This document shows positions 7,200 to 15,627 of a DNA stretch of 20,000 nucleotides, one piece after another. How positions within the stretch are numbered: position 1 is the stretch's first letter; each line of letters starts with the position of its first letter. The DNA lies in IMG/VR virus record IMGVR_UViG_3300025570_000010; one strand, given 5' to 3'. Under the pieces are notes generated by a model. It saw only the letters and a list, made by a program, of their open reading frames with translations. It did no database searches and was not told the DNA's origin. The translations under genes were made by a program, and so were the position numbers. Source of the DNA: an uncultured virus (IMG/VR IMGVR_UViG_3300025570_000010). Lineage: Duplodnaviria; Heunggongvirae; Uroviricota; Caudoviricetes; Schitoviridae.

Positions 7200-9271
7200 T
7201 TGTTGAGTTGGGCAAACAGCTCATGTCCGAGCAGTTTTTGACCCTGATATTCTATCTCCTCATTGCTGTGGAAATAGATCTGTTTCCCATCGACGATTGC
7301 CTTGTAGGCAGTAGCTCCATCAGGGAGCATCTCAATGTCTGGCATGTGCTCTTTGAAGTAAGCCAATGCACGAAGACAGTGTCCGTCGAACCCATCAGAA
7401 TACACCTTGATCTTCTCTGGATCCTTGGTGGTCACTGCTGAAATTTTGTCCTCCAACGAATCGAAGTCCAAACCCACAAACAGCCATCCGGGAGGTGCCT
7501 CAAAACACTCTTTGATGAGCTTGGCAAGTCTTTGTTTGACCTTTGTGGAACCAGCAGAAGGGATGTTCTGTAGGTTGGGGTTGTTACTGGAAAGCCTACC
7601 AGATGCAGTGCCACCCAGCCGGAAGTTTCCGAACAGGTAATGCCATCCATCGTTACCCTTAACGGCTTTAAGGAATGCCGGAAGAAACGTAGAGAGGATG
7701 ATTGCACTGGCTTTGAACTCGATCAGGATCTCCAGAAACCGAATCACTTCGGGATCTTTGGTGTGGTTGATCAGCTTCTCAAGCGTCTCAGCTCCCGTTG
7801 CAGGTTGCTTGGTGTCCGTGTAGTCGAGGACTGGGAGACCCAGGAAATCCTCGGAATACAGGAAGCGTTGGAGCTGTTTAGAGCTGCCAGGATTGAACTT
7901 GACAACGGTGTCTTTTGTAGAACCAAGATCTGCCTTGGTGATCTGCTTGGTTTTGAGTTTGGCATTCTTCTCTATCACCTTTTCGTCTTTGAGTGTGTCT
8001 ATATAGGACCAGACGATTTGCAGATTGTTCATCCGTGCTAAGTTTCCATCCGACTCTTTGTTGAGCTGCTTGTCCAAGGCTTTAACCTTGGCCATGTTCA
8101 GGGGCATCCCTGTGAGCTGCATCTGAATGATGTCGATCACTGCTGGACGGAAAAGCGTCTGGTATGGTTCATCCTGAAGATCGGCAAGCATGATCGGCAA
8201 GTTTTTCTTGTAGACGTACCATGTGGAAAGTCCGTCGATCAGGTTGTACCGGAGCAAATCCGGAAGAGCGATCAGCCTGATGTCATGGATGTCTTCCTGA
8301 GCATAGTTCCCAGCAAACTCCTGAGCCTGTGTCTTGAGACCCAGCTCATTTCCTGCACAGGAATTGGTGGCCAGATAAGTGATGATCTGTGTGCAGTCCC
8401 AATCTTTCAGCATCACTTCCAGACCTTCAAGGAGACCCTTTTGATCTAGGATGTGATCCATAAACAGTTGATAAACAAGGACATACACGTCGTAACAGAT
8501 GTTGTGGTAGATCATCTTCCGCTTGAAATTGTAGAAGAAATCTCTGAGCAGTTGACGAATAACAGGGTTCTCAACACGACCAGATTTCTGACCCTCCTTC
8601 CCGATGGACGTAGAGTCCACTGCGAAAGCAATGCCCTCGTGTTCATTCCAACAGAAGGTGATCGTGCCAATCCCAGCATCGTAATGCTTCAGGTCAAAGC
8701 CTTCGATGTCACATGTGAGATCACAATCCATCTCCAGTAGTTTGTTCAACCACTTGGCAATACCAGTTGGCCCCACAGGGTAATCAGCGAACTTGATGAT
8801 GTTCGATCCCACCACAGTGGAGTTACCTCTGGCCCATCGTTTGGTGGACTCCAGAGCCATCCCGATCTTTGCCTTCATCTTGTCAGGGTCATAGAAGACC
8901 CGGCCATAGTTGGGGCAGTAGGTGATCGTGAAGTCTGTATCATACTCTGATATGAAGAAGTCCCCAATGGTGGCATCGGTCTTGGCCTTCTTGGACAGGA
9001 TCTTGAAGTAGTCCGGCTGTGTAACGACAAGCATCTCAATGCCTGCTGCCTTGAGGTTGGGCAACAGGTCATCGAGATACTCTTTCATGTCGGCAGCCGA
9101 GTTCTTCTTCTTGGTTCCATCCATGAAGAGGTCAGCGATCATGACACTCTCACCCAGAGCCAGAAGGTGAGGCTGGTAGTAATGCTTCTGCACCTCCGCT
9201 GTCTGGATACGTGGAACCAGGATACAGATCCTGGGATCCTTTGCAGAGTTGCCGATGATCTCATATTTCAT
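7196..9271 (-). CDS. Family A DNA polymerase, N-terminal fragment (N-terminal domain, 3'-5' exonuclease, thumb, motif A)
   Basis: ExoI CDIEG, ExoII HNICYD, ExoIII YNLID, TASGRLSSNNPNLQNIP and motif A LDFDSLE. The start is set at ATG 9271 (AGGAAG SD). Confidence 0.92.
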   Translation of the reverse strand: MKYEIIGNSAKDPRICILVPRIQTAEVQKHYYQPHLLALGESVMIADLFMDGTKKKNSAADMKEYLDDLLPNLKAAGIEMLVVTQPDYFKILSKKAKTDATIGDFFISEYDTDFTITYCPNYGRVFYDPDKMKAKIGMALESTKRWARGNSTVVGSNIIKFADYPVGPTGIAKWLNKLLEMDCDLTCDIEGFDLKHYDAGIGTITFCWNEHEGIAFAVDSTSIGKEGQKSGRVENPVIRQLLRDFFYNFKRKMIYHNICYDVYVLVYQLFMDHILDQKGLLEGLEVMLKDWDCTQIITYLATNSCAGNELGLKTQAQEFAGNYAQEDIHDIRLIALPDLLRYNLIDGLSTWYVYKKNLPIMLADLQDEPYQTLFRPAVIDIIQMQLTGMPLNMAKVKALDKQLNKESDGNLARMNNLQIVWSYIDTLKDEKVIEKNAKLKTKQITKADLGSTKDTVVKFNPGSSKQLQRFLYSEDFLGLPVLDYTDTKQPATGAETLEKLINHTKDPEVIRFLEILIEFKASAIILSTFLPAFLKAVKGNDGWHYLFGNFRLGGTASGRLSSNNPNLQNIPSAGSTKVKQRLAKLIKECFEAPPGWLFVGLDFDSLEDKISAVTTKDPEKIKVYSDGFDGHCLRALAYFKEHMPDIEMLPDGATAYKAIVDGKQIYFHSNEEIEYQGQKLLGHELFAQLNK

Positions 9272-9361
9272 TTTCAACTTCCTACTTATTTTGTGACCAT
9301 CTCTTACCAAAGAGATATAACTACAGTTCAGCTTCACATGGTTTTAGCACATGAGTCGTAG

Positions 9362-9420
9362 GCGGGAATCGAACCCGCGTTCTACCAAGTCTCGGTCAAC
9401 GAAAGGGAATCGAACCCCTA
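9362..9420 (-). other. Two tandem tRNA T-arm-like hairpins (GGGTTCGATTCCC) without a recognisable full cloverleaf
   Basis: On the minus strand, AGGGG-TTCGATT-CCCTT and GCGGG-TTCGATT-CCCGC lie about 41 nt apart in the helicase-polymerase intergenic region. Confidence 0.6.
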
Positions 9421-9435
9421 CTCCGGTTTAGGCAT

Positions 9436-10704
9436 CTATGAAAAATACCTATCTGGAAGCTCTCCTCTGATGAAGAGGCGAGAACGTGGACGGGACAGTG
9501 CGACGTACTGGAGACGTGCTGTCTGTTCCTTGTTAGTGGACTTACCGATGTCGGCGAGGTCAACGATGACGGAGTCATAGGTAGACCCCTGAGCCTTGTG
9601 CGTGGTGGATGCACTGACCGAACGGAGATCAGGATACCCGTTCTTGATCTTGAAGAAACGTTCCCAACTCTTTGATTGAGAGTAGAAACGTAGGACAGCT
9701 TCACGATCATTGTGGTCTGCGAAGGCCGTTACCGAATAGGTAACACCCGAATTCACATCTTCCACATCCATCATGATCATCCGGATCTCTTCGCCACTGA
9801 CGAGAGATTTATCCAAGAAATCATCGGTGATCCGAACAACCCGGACAACTTGGTCCGTGTACAGTCGTTCTTTCCCCAGCAATTCAGCCGACGAGTTGTT
9901 CGAAAGAATTTCACCAACCTCATACGGCTCAGTGTAGGACCGGAGCTGTCGAATGAAGCTGTTGTACTGTATCACACGAGCATTTGTGTAAGAGAGTACA
10001 CGCTTGCTGGCGTTCTCGATGAGGAACTCACGTTCCAGAATACCTTTGAGAGTGGTGCCATCGACAAAGTCAATCACACCGGGGACTTCTTTGATCCGGG
10101 TGAACTTGCCAGTCAGAACAGTCTGCTTGGCCTGCTCACAGAGATCCATGAGAGCTTGTTGATCCTTATTCCGAACTGGGACAGTCAGATTTCCAGTATC
10201 CATCTTCTGAGAATAGATCGGAGAGATGTGTTCTTTGACAGGAGCCAACTGGTTTTTATCCCCTACGAACAACACCTTACAGGTCGAGTCGATACCTTTG
10301 TTGATGTATTTGAAGAGATCACTGTTCACCATCGAACACTCATCAACAATGATGAGAGTCCCACTGTGGACAACCCACCGTGGGGTAGGCACGATTTTGA
10401 CTGTGCCTGTGGAGAAATTTTCAGAGACTCGGAGGTTCATGTACGAATAGATCGTACCAATCTCTCCAGCTCTGTGAGTCATTGCGTCACTGAGGACGGC
10501 TGCTGCCTTGTTGGTTGTTGCTGTGATGGCAATGCTGTGCATCGTTTTGGTGGTCTGATGCTTCAGGATCCCATCAGCGATCTGGGAAATCAGAAAGGTT
10601 TTCCCCGTACCTGCACCACCGGATACGTCCATGAATTGATCGGGTCCGTTGATGAACTGGATGACTTTCATGAACACGGCTTGTTGGTCTTTATTAAGTG
10701 CCAT
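9436..10704 (-). CDS. SF1B Dda/RecD-like DNA helicase (N4 gp37-like)
   Basis: GGAGTGKT, IVDECSM, GDKNQL, TTHKAQGST, YVALSR. The start is set at ATG 10704 (TAAGGA SD). Confidence 0.92.
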   Translation of the reverse strand: MALNKDQQAVFMKVIQFINGPDQFMDVSGGAGTGKTFLISQIADGILKHQTTKTMHSIAITATTNKAAAVLSDAMTHRAGEIGTIYSYMNLRVSENFSTGTVKIVPTPRWVVHSGTLIIVDECSMVNSDLFKYINKGIDSTCKVLFVGDKNQLAPVKEHISPIYSQKMDTGNLTVPVRNKDQQALMDLCEQAKQTVLTGKFTRIKEVPGVIDFVDGTTLKGILEREFLIENASKRVLSYTNARVIQYNSFIRQLRSYTEPYEVGEILSNNSSAELLGKERLYTDQVVRVVRITDDFLDKSLVSGEEIRMIMMDVEDVNSGVTYSVTAFADHNDREAVLRFYSQSKSWERFFKIKNGYPDLRSVSASTTHKAQGSTYDSVIVDLADIGKSTNKEQTARLQYVALSRPRSRLFIRGELPDRYFS

Positions 10705-10728
10705 GTCTTTGATTTCCTTATTGAAGTA

Positions 10729-10755
10729 GACCCCCCGGCTTCTAACCGGGGAGTC
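10729..10755 (-). other. GC-rich stem-loop between nrdJ and the helicase (weak terminator or mRNA-stabilising hairpin)
   Basis: GACUCCCCGG...CCGGGGGGUC with a G-U pair on the minus strand and only a short pyrimidine tail. A second small hairpin AAGCGT/ACGCTT lies at 10782-10798. Confidence 0.5.
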
Positions 10756-10796
10756 CATCCCTGCCCGCAGGCTTCATTACCAAGCGTGGGAAACGC

Positions 10797-13175
10797 TTAT
10801 CCGCATTTAGAGTGACCACAGTCAGCACAGACTGGGCAGCCACCGGAGAGGTTGACGTTGAATCCTTTGCAGCTTGGACACTGCATCGGTTTTCCAACGG
10901 GAGTTGGGAAGTTCTCAGCAGCAGTCTCATCATAAACCTCGTCAACGATTTTGAGGTCTTTCAGATGCTGTTCCAATGTGGAACCAAGAAGGGCGATGAA
11001 TGATGGAAGGTATTTGCCATCGACCCAGGCTCCGCCATTGGGATCCATAATGGATTTGAGATCTTCGATCACGAAGCTGATGTCCCCACCACGACGGAAC
11101 ACCGAACTCATCATCCGAGTCAAGGCCACAGTCCACTGGAAGTGGCTCATGTCTTGAGTGTTGATGAAGATTTCGAATGGGATGGTGTGTCCATCTTGAT
11201 CGTAGTGGTTGTTGATCGTGACGTAGAAATTGCTTTCCTGCCACTTCAGCTTGTAGGTCTGTCCAAAGAGAGACTTGTTCCGGACAATGGCAGTGTTTGT
11301 TGCCACTGGTTCAGGAGCCTCAGCCTTTTCAGGGGCTTCTTTCTTTGGTTCAGACTCGACGGACAGGACGGATCCAGTCACGTCATTCGGACGGTAGGTG
11401 GTGCAACCTTTGCAGCCCATCTGGTATGCCGACAGGTACACTTGCTCGAAGTCTTCAAACGAAATGTCTTCCGGACAGTTGATGGTCTTGGAGATTGATG
11501 AGTCCACCCACTTCTGAACTGCTGCCTGCATGACAAGGTGGTCATGGGGCTTCAGAGTCTGAGCTGTGACGAGATGTTCGGGATTGGGTTCTTTGTCCCA
11601 GCCCTTGTTCTCACGCCATTCGTTGTACAGGCCAACACCGTAGTCGTAGATGACTTCTTCACGCTTCGACCCATCCTTCTCCAACACCTTGCGGGTGTAG
11701 CTTGGAGCGAAGATAGGTTCGACACCTGAGCTGACGTTGCCAGCGTACAGAGAGATCGTTCCAGTCGGAGCGATGGAAGTCAGAAGAGCGTTCCGGATCC
11801 CGTGATCCAACACACCCTGACGGATGTCGTCAGGCATGTCGATCATGAAACCAGAGTTGATGAAGCTCTCCCGTTGGGCCTTGGTCTTTGTCACCGGGCA
11901 TGGGCCGAGAAGTTTGGCCAGCTCGATAGACCGACGGTATGCTTTCAGGGTGATGAGCTTCATCACACGTTCAGCGATCTCTGCTGCTTCAGGAGAACCG
12001 TACTTGATGTTCATCATGAAGAGCATGTCGGCCAGACCAGTAATCCCAATGCCCATACGACGTTTGGCTTTCGCTTCGGCCTTCTGTTCAGGGATCGGGA
12101 AGTTGCTGATGTCAATGATTGAGTCCAGCATATCGACTGCTTGCTCGGTCAAGAACTCCAGCTTCTTGGTGTCCACACCATTCGTATTTTCGAAAGGATC
12201 TGTCACAACCTGGGTCAGGTTGATCGAACCAAGAAGACATGCACCATAGGGTGGTAGAGGTTGCTCACCACAGGGGTTCGTGGCCGAGATTTCTTCCACG
12301 TACCAGAGGTTGTTTTTCTTGTTGATGCGGTCGATGAACAACACACCGGGTTCGGCATAGTTGTAGGTCGATTCCATCATCAATTTCCAGAGATCACGGG
12401 CCTTGACTGTCTTGTAGACGTAGACTGTGCGTCCATCATATTCCCGTGGTTTAACACCGGTTCCCGGATCCACTTCGTGGACCAGATCCCAGCTCTGGTT
12501 GTTCTGCACTGCGTGCATGAACTTGTCAGTGGCCAAGACCGAGACGTTGAACATGCGAAGACGATTGGAATCACGCTTTGCAGTGATGAAGTCTTCCACA
12601 TCCGGGTGATCACACCGCATGGTTGCCATCATGGCTCCACGACGGCTGCCAGCACTCATCACAGTGCGACACATGGCGTCCCAGACATCCATGAAAGTTA
12701 GAGGACCACTGGCATCAGCGTCCACCCCTTTGACGGGGCTGTCCTTGGGCCGGAGAGGGCTGAAGTCATAGCCGATGCCACCGCCTTGCTGCATGGTCAA
12801 GGCTGCTTCCTTGAGCATGTCAAAGATTCCCCCCATTGAGTCAGGGATGGTTCCCATCACGTAGCAGTTGAAGAGAGTGACATTGCGTCCAGAACCAGCA
12901 CCGGCTGTGATACGACCGGCAGGCAGGAAGCCAAAGTTGTTGAGAGCTTTGCGGAATTTCTCAAGACGATAGGCTTGAAGAACCTCAAGTTCGCCTTCTT
13001 CAAGTTTCACTCCGTTGAGTTGGAGTGGTGAGAAGGCACACGCTGAGGCAATCCGGTTCCAGGTGTCTTGGACATTGCTGTCATCCTGGATGTCTGGATT
13101 GGGTGTGATCAGACGGTATTTGGCGTTCCAAATCTGCTCACAGATGGGTTGAGGGAAGGGGTTGTTTGATGACAT
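10797..13175 (-). CDS. nrdJ: Class II (adenosylcobalamin-dependent) ribonucleotide reductase with TSCPD-like domain and Zn-ribbon
   Basis: FLPAGR, LFNCYV, GGGIG, RRGA, TNPCGEQ, CLLGSINL, SIAPTGTIS, SISKTIN, KGCTTYR; C-terminal CPSC...CPVCADCGHSKC; no beta subunit gene adjacent. Confidence 0.93.
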   Translation of the reverse strand: MSSNNPFPQPICEQIWNAKYRLITPNPDIQDDSNVQDTWNRIASACAFSPLQLNGVKLEEGELEVLQAYRLEKFRKALNNFGFLPAGRITAGAGSGRNVTLFNCYVMGTIPDSMGGIFDMLKEAALTMQQGGGIGYDFSPLRPKDSPVKGVDADASGPLTFMDVWDAMCRTVMSAGSRRGAMMATMRCDHPDVEDFITAKRDSNRLRMFNVSVLATDKFMHAVQNNQSWDLVHEVDPGTGVKPREYDGRTVYVYKTVKARDLWKLMMESTYNYAEPGVLFIDRINKKNNLWYVEEISATNPCGEQPLPPYGACLLGSINLTQVVTDPFENTNGVDTKKLEFLTEQAVDMLDSIIDISNFPIPEQKAEAKAKRRMGIGITGLADMLFMMNIKYGSPEAAEIAERVMKLITLKAYRRSIELAKLLGPCPVTKTKAQRESFINSGFMIDMPDDIRQGVLDHGIRNALLTSIAPTGTISLYAGNVSSGVEPIFAPSYTRKVLEKDGSKREEVIYDYGVGLYNEWRENKGWDKEPNPEHLVTAQTLKPHDHLVMQAAVQKWVDSSISKTINCPEDISFEDFEQVYLSAYQMGCKGCTTYRPNDVTGSVLSVESEPKKEAPEKAEAPEPVATNTAIVRNKSLFGQTYKLKWQESNFYVTINNHYDQDGHTIPFEIFINTQDMSHFQWTVALTRMMSSVFRRGGDISFVIEDLKSIMDPNGGAWVDGKYLPSFIALLGSTLEQHLKDLKIVDEVYDETAAENFPTPVGKPMQCPSCKGFNVNLSGGCPVCADCGHSKCG

Positions 13176-13271
13176 GGCTGTCAGTCTCCTTGATTTAGAT
13201 CAATTTTGTGGGGTAGTTTAGGGATACGTTGTTAAGCACGACAGTCACTATCAATCCAGAGGAAAAATCGC

Positions 13272-13475
13272 ATGACCTCCATTAACAAACTTACCATTAA
13301 ACAAGTCGCTGAAATCAAAGCAAGAATTCTTGCTGGAGAGTATCAGCATGTTTTGGCTGCTGAGTACGAATTGAATCAGGGACGGATCAATGAGATCGCC
13401 AAAGGGAAGCGGTTCGCATATGTACCACCTGCCAAATCGTACAAGAAAGGTTCGGGTTCACGCCCTAAGCCTTGA
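13272..13475 (+). CDS. Small basic helix-turn-helix DNA-binding protein
   Basis: KLTIKQVAEIK...QHVLAAEYELNQGRINEIAKGK is an HTH pattern; GAGG SD upstream; fills the intergenic gap. Confidence 0.75.
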   Translation: MTSINKLTIKQVAEIKARILAGEYQHVLAAEYELNQGRINEIAKGKRFAYVPPAKSYKKGSGSRPKP

Positions 13476-13531
13476 AAAAAGAAAAGCCTCCACCGATCCC
13501 GTAGGAGGAAAAATCAGCGGAGGCTTTGTTT
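13475..13531. terminator. Terminator between the convergent HTH and DprA-like genes
   Basis: AAAGCCTCC...GGAGGCTTT stem, extended by G-U pairs on the minus strand. There is an A-run on the left and TTTGTTT on the right. Confidence 0.75.
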
Positions 13532-13559
13532 GTCAGAAAACTAAGCATGTTTTTTCCTT

Positions 13560-14063
13560 TCACGGGAGGATGGATGTGATGGCCTTGTCCATCTCATCAA
13601 GGGACATTGACCCGAAGTTGAAGACAGGGATGCAGTAATGATCAGCCATGCGTAGAGCTTGACCTGTACCACCGACGGCCTTGCCTCCGGGAGTCCAGCA
13701 GACAATGAAGTCTGTCGGAGTTTTGAGATCAAGTCCCAGCACCTGATAGGCATTACGGGCCATGAAGTCTCGACCGGTACAACCAAGGTTGACCCAGTTT
13801 GGATGAAACTTGCTTGTGAGAAGGCGAGCTTCCTTGGTAGAACCAAAAAGAAGAGACTCGTTCCTGTTGAATACACGGTAGGGTAGATAGATTTCCATCT
13901 TCCCATTCTTGTTGACGCAGCCAAGCTCAAAAGCTGTGTCTGCACCCGGTGCTCCACCAGATCGTAGAGTGTGACCCCAAGACGCCATGTAGCGTCCGAG
14001 TGAGGTCATCTTGTCCTTAATATCTGGAGGAGTCTCTCTTGAACCGATTCCAGTGTAAATCAT
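13560..14063 (-). CDS. DprA/SLOG (Smf-like Rossmann) family protein
   Basis: YTGIGSRETP, LRSGGAPGAD, ARN, GGTGQA; ATGA overlap with the upstream ORF at 14060-14063. Confidence 0.8.
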   Translation of the reverse strand: MIYTGIGSRETPPDIKDKMTSLGRYMASWGHTLRSGGAPGADTAFELGCVNKNGKMEIYLPYRVFNRNESLLFGSTKEARLLTSKFHPNWVNLGCTGRDFMARNAYQVLGLDLKTPTDFIVCWTPGGKAVGGTGQALRMADHYCIPVFNFGSMSLDEMDKAITSILP

Positions 14064-14296
14064 GTCAGATAATGCTTCTCGCCACAGGGAATGACTTCCC
14101 CTTTGTTGATGGAACGCCAATAGAATTTCTCACGACGAGCATTATTACGCTCATGTTCGTTGAGAATATCAGCACTATACTCAGCACGAGTGTCTGTGCT
14201 TTCGGACTGGAGAATGACCTCACTACCATACTGATTCAGGTAGCAGACAAGGAAGTTTTCTCCCAACCAGATAGCATCATTCCGACGACCACTCAT
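14060..14296 (-). CDS. Hypothetical protein (78 aa)
   Basis: ATGA coupling at both ends (14293-14296 and 14060-14063). Confidence 0.6.
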   Translation of the reverse strand: MSGRRNDAIWLGENFLVCYLNQYGSEVILQSESTDTRAEYSADILNEHERNNARREKFYWRSINKGEVIPCGEKHYLT

Positions 14297-14469
14297 GAGA
14301 GTATCGGTTGGTAAGGACGACCACGGAAGATGGCCTTGTACCGAAGAGCTTCTTGGTTTTTCAACCACTTACGATATTCTTCTGTGTCCCTCGCAGTGGT
14401 TTGTTTGGCCAAATTAACGGCCAGATTCAGCACTGGATAGCACACGGTACAGAGTAGAGTTTTTCGCAT
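14293..14469 (-). CDS. Hypothetical 58-aa protein absent from the ORF track (MRKTLLCTVCYPVLNL...GRPYQPILS)
   Basis: CAGGAG SD 8 nt before the ATG; CxxC motif; stop overlaps the next start (ATGA). Confidence 0.6.
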   Translation of the reverse strand: MRKTLLCTVCYPVLNLAVNLAKQTTARDTEEYRKWLKNQEALRYKAIFRGRPYQPILS

Positions 14470-14812
14470 TGGCTTTCTCCTGATTGCGAGCGTCTCTTCG
14501 ACGCTGGTTCTCTTTGTGTGTCACCATCTCAAGATGATCTGGGTTCACACACATACGGTTATTACACAGATGGTCTATCTGCTTTTTTCCCGGCACGAAA
14601 CCATTCTTGTTCACGAATGAGACAATGTGAACGGCGACTGTCTGGCCATTTAGCGACATGCGGGGGTATCCTCCCCCTCTTCCGGTGCCTGAATCGGACC
14701 CCTGCCAGATGTGACAGGGATCCCGTCGACCATTCAGTCTGAAGCCAAGATACCGGATCACGACGTTGTCCATGATCTTCTCATGGATGTCTGTTCTCCG
14801 GCACATGATCAC
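14414..14812 (-). CDS. HNH endonuclease
   Basis: CHIWQG...GYP...HIVSF...IDHLCNNRMCVNPDHLEMVTHKEN. Confidence 0.9.
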   Translation of the reverse strand: MIMCRRTDIHEKIMDNVVIRYLGFRLNGRRDPCHIWQGSDSGTGRGGGYPRMSLNGQTVAVHIVSFVNKNGFVPGKKQIDHLCNNRMCVNPDHLEMVTHKENQRRRDARNQEKANAKNSTLYRVLSSAESGR

Positions 14813-15381
14813 AACCGCTCAGTTACGAGACGACGACCCTTGAAGACCCCTTTGGGGTTGCGGTTCTTGGTCTCGGTTTCCAACACAACGTAGATGTTGT
14901 TGCTGTCAGAGATCAGCATGTCACCGACCTGCACATCGACGCCCGGAGGGACTTTGTAATGGCAGGAATAGTTGTTTTCCGTGGCCTTCACCCGGAAGGT
15001 GTCCGGGATGTCCTCTTCGAGTTGATAAAGCTTGAAGGTTTTGATCTCACCACTGTCCAGTTCGAGGATTATGTCCCCGTTGGAGGTGGTGTTCATGTAG
15101 ACGCCAGCTTGAGGAGCGCCTTTGGTGGTGCGGTAACGACGAGGCATGATGTAGTTCCATTCTGTGTTGATGGGTTTGCCGTCCCAGGCTGTGAAGTCTG
15201 ATACATGACGGTGATACGAATTGGCTTCACGATAGTTCTTGTAATGCCAAGGGGTGATTCTGTAATAGTCTTCACGACGAGCGTAGACGGCATACAGCTC
15301 TTCGGCCTCACTGATGTGAAGGACGATCATCGGGGTCCGGCCCCGGTTGAGACGCACTATATCTCCAACTCTATGGGTCAT
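14809..15381 (-). CDS. Hypothetical protein (190 aa)
   Basis: GGAG SD before ATG 15381; GTGA overlap with the HNH gene; N-terminal VGDIVRLNRGRTPMIV beta motif. Confidence 0.75.
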   Translation of the reverse strand: MTHRVGDIVRLNRGRTPMIVLHISEAEELYAVYARREDYYRITPWHYKNYREANSYHRHVSDFTAWDGKPINTEWNYIMPRRYRTTKGAPQAGVYMNTTSNGDIILELDSGEIKTFKLYQLEEDIPDTFRVKATENNYSCHYKVPPGVDVQVGDMLISDSNNIYVVLETETKNRNPKGVFKGRRLVTERL

Positions 15382-15382
15382 C

Positions 15383-15550
15383 TTAGATGACTCCAAAGAA
15401 GAGCATCAGTCCACGGATTGTTCCAACAGGACCAACAAATATGTCAGCCATGAGCCATCCGATATTACTGTTGCTTGCATCATGGATTACAGCAGTGAGC
15501 CACATGGCAAACACAAAAAGAGCGAATACGAGTATAGTGAGTTCTTTCAT
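15383..15550 (-). CDS. Small membrane protein (55 aa)
   Basis: AGGAG SD before ATG 15550; two hydrophobic segments. Confidence 0.75.
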   Translation of the reverse strand: MKELTILVFALFVFAMWLTAVIHDASNSNIGWLMADIFVGPVGTIRGLMLFFGVI

Positions 15551-15627
15551 CTTAATTCTCCTACGAAGGTTAAATTTTCCCCAGATTTTGCTTGCACACA
15601 TTAGAACAAATAGAGAACGGGGTATTT

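Noticed and set aside
6990..7340. Group I intron or active intein explaining the polymerase split
   Set aside because: The insert is entirely coding with coupled starts and stops. I recognised no intron core and no block A nucleophile; only a degenerate relic is kept as a hypothesis.
9340..9435. Complete tRNA gene(s)
   Set aside because: Only T-arms are present; no acceptor, D or anticodon arms could be formed in the available space.
9712..10815. 367-aa + strand ORF
   Set aside because: Antisense shadow of the helicase, with no recognisable motif or SD; explained by codon bias.
13198..13214. Possible NrdR box upstream of nrdJ
   Set aside because: Several mismatches to the palindromic consensus and no second box.
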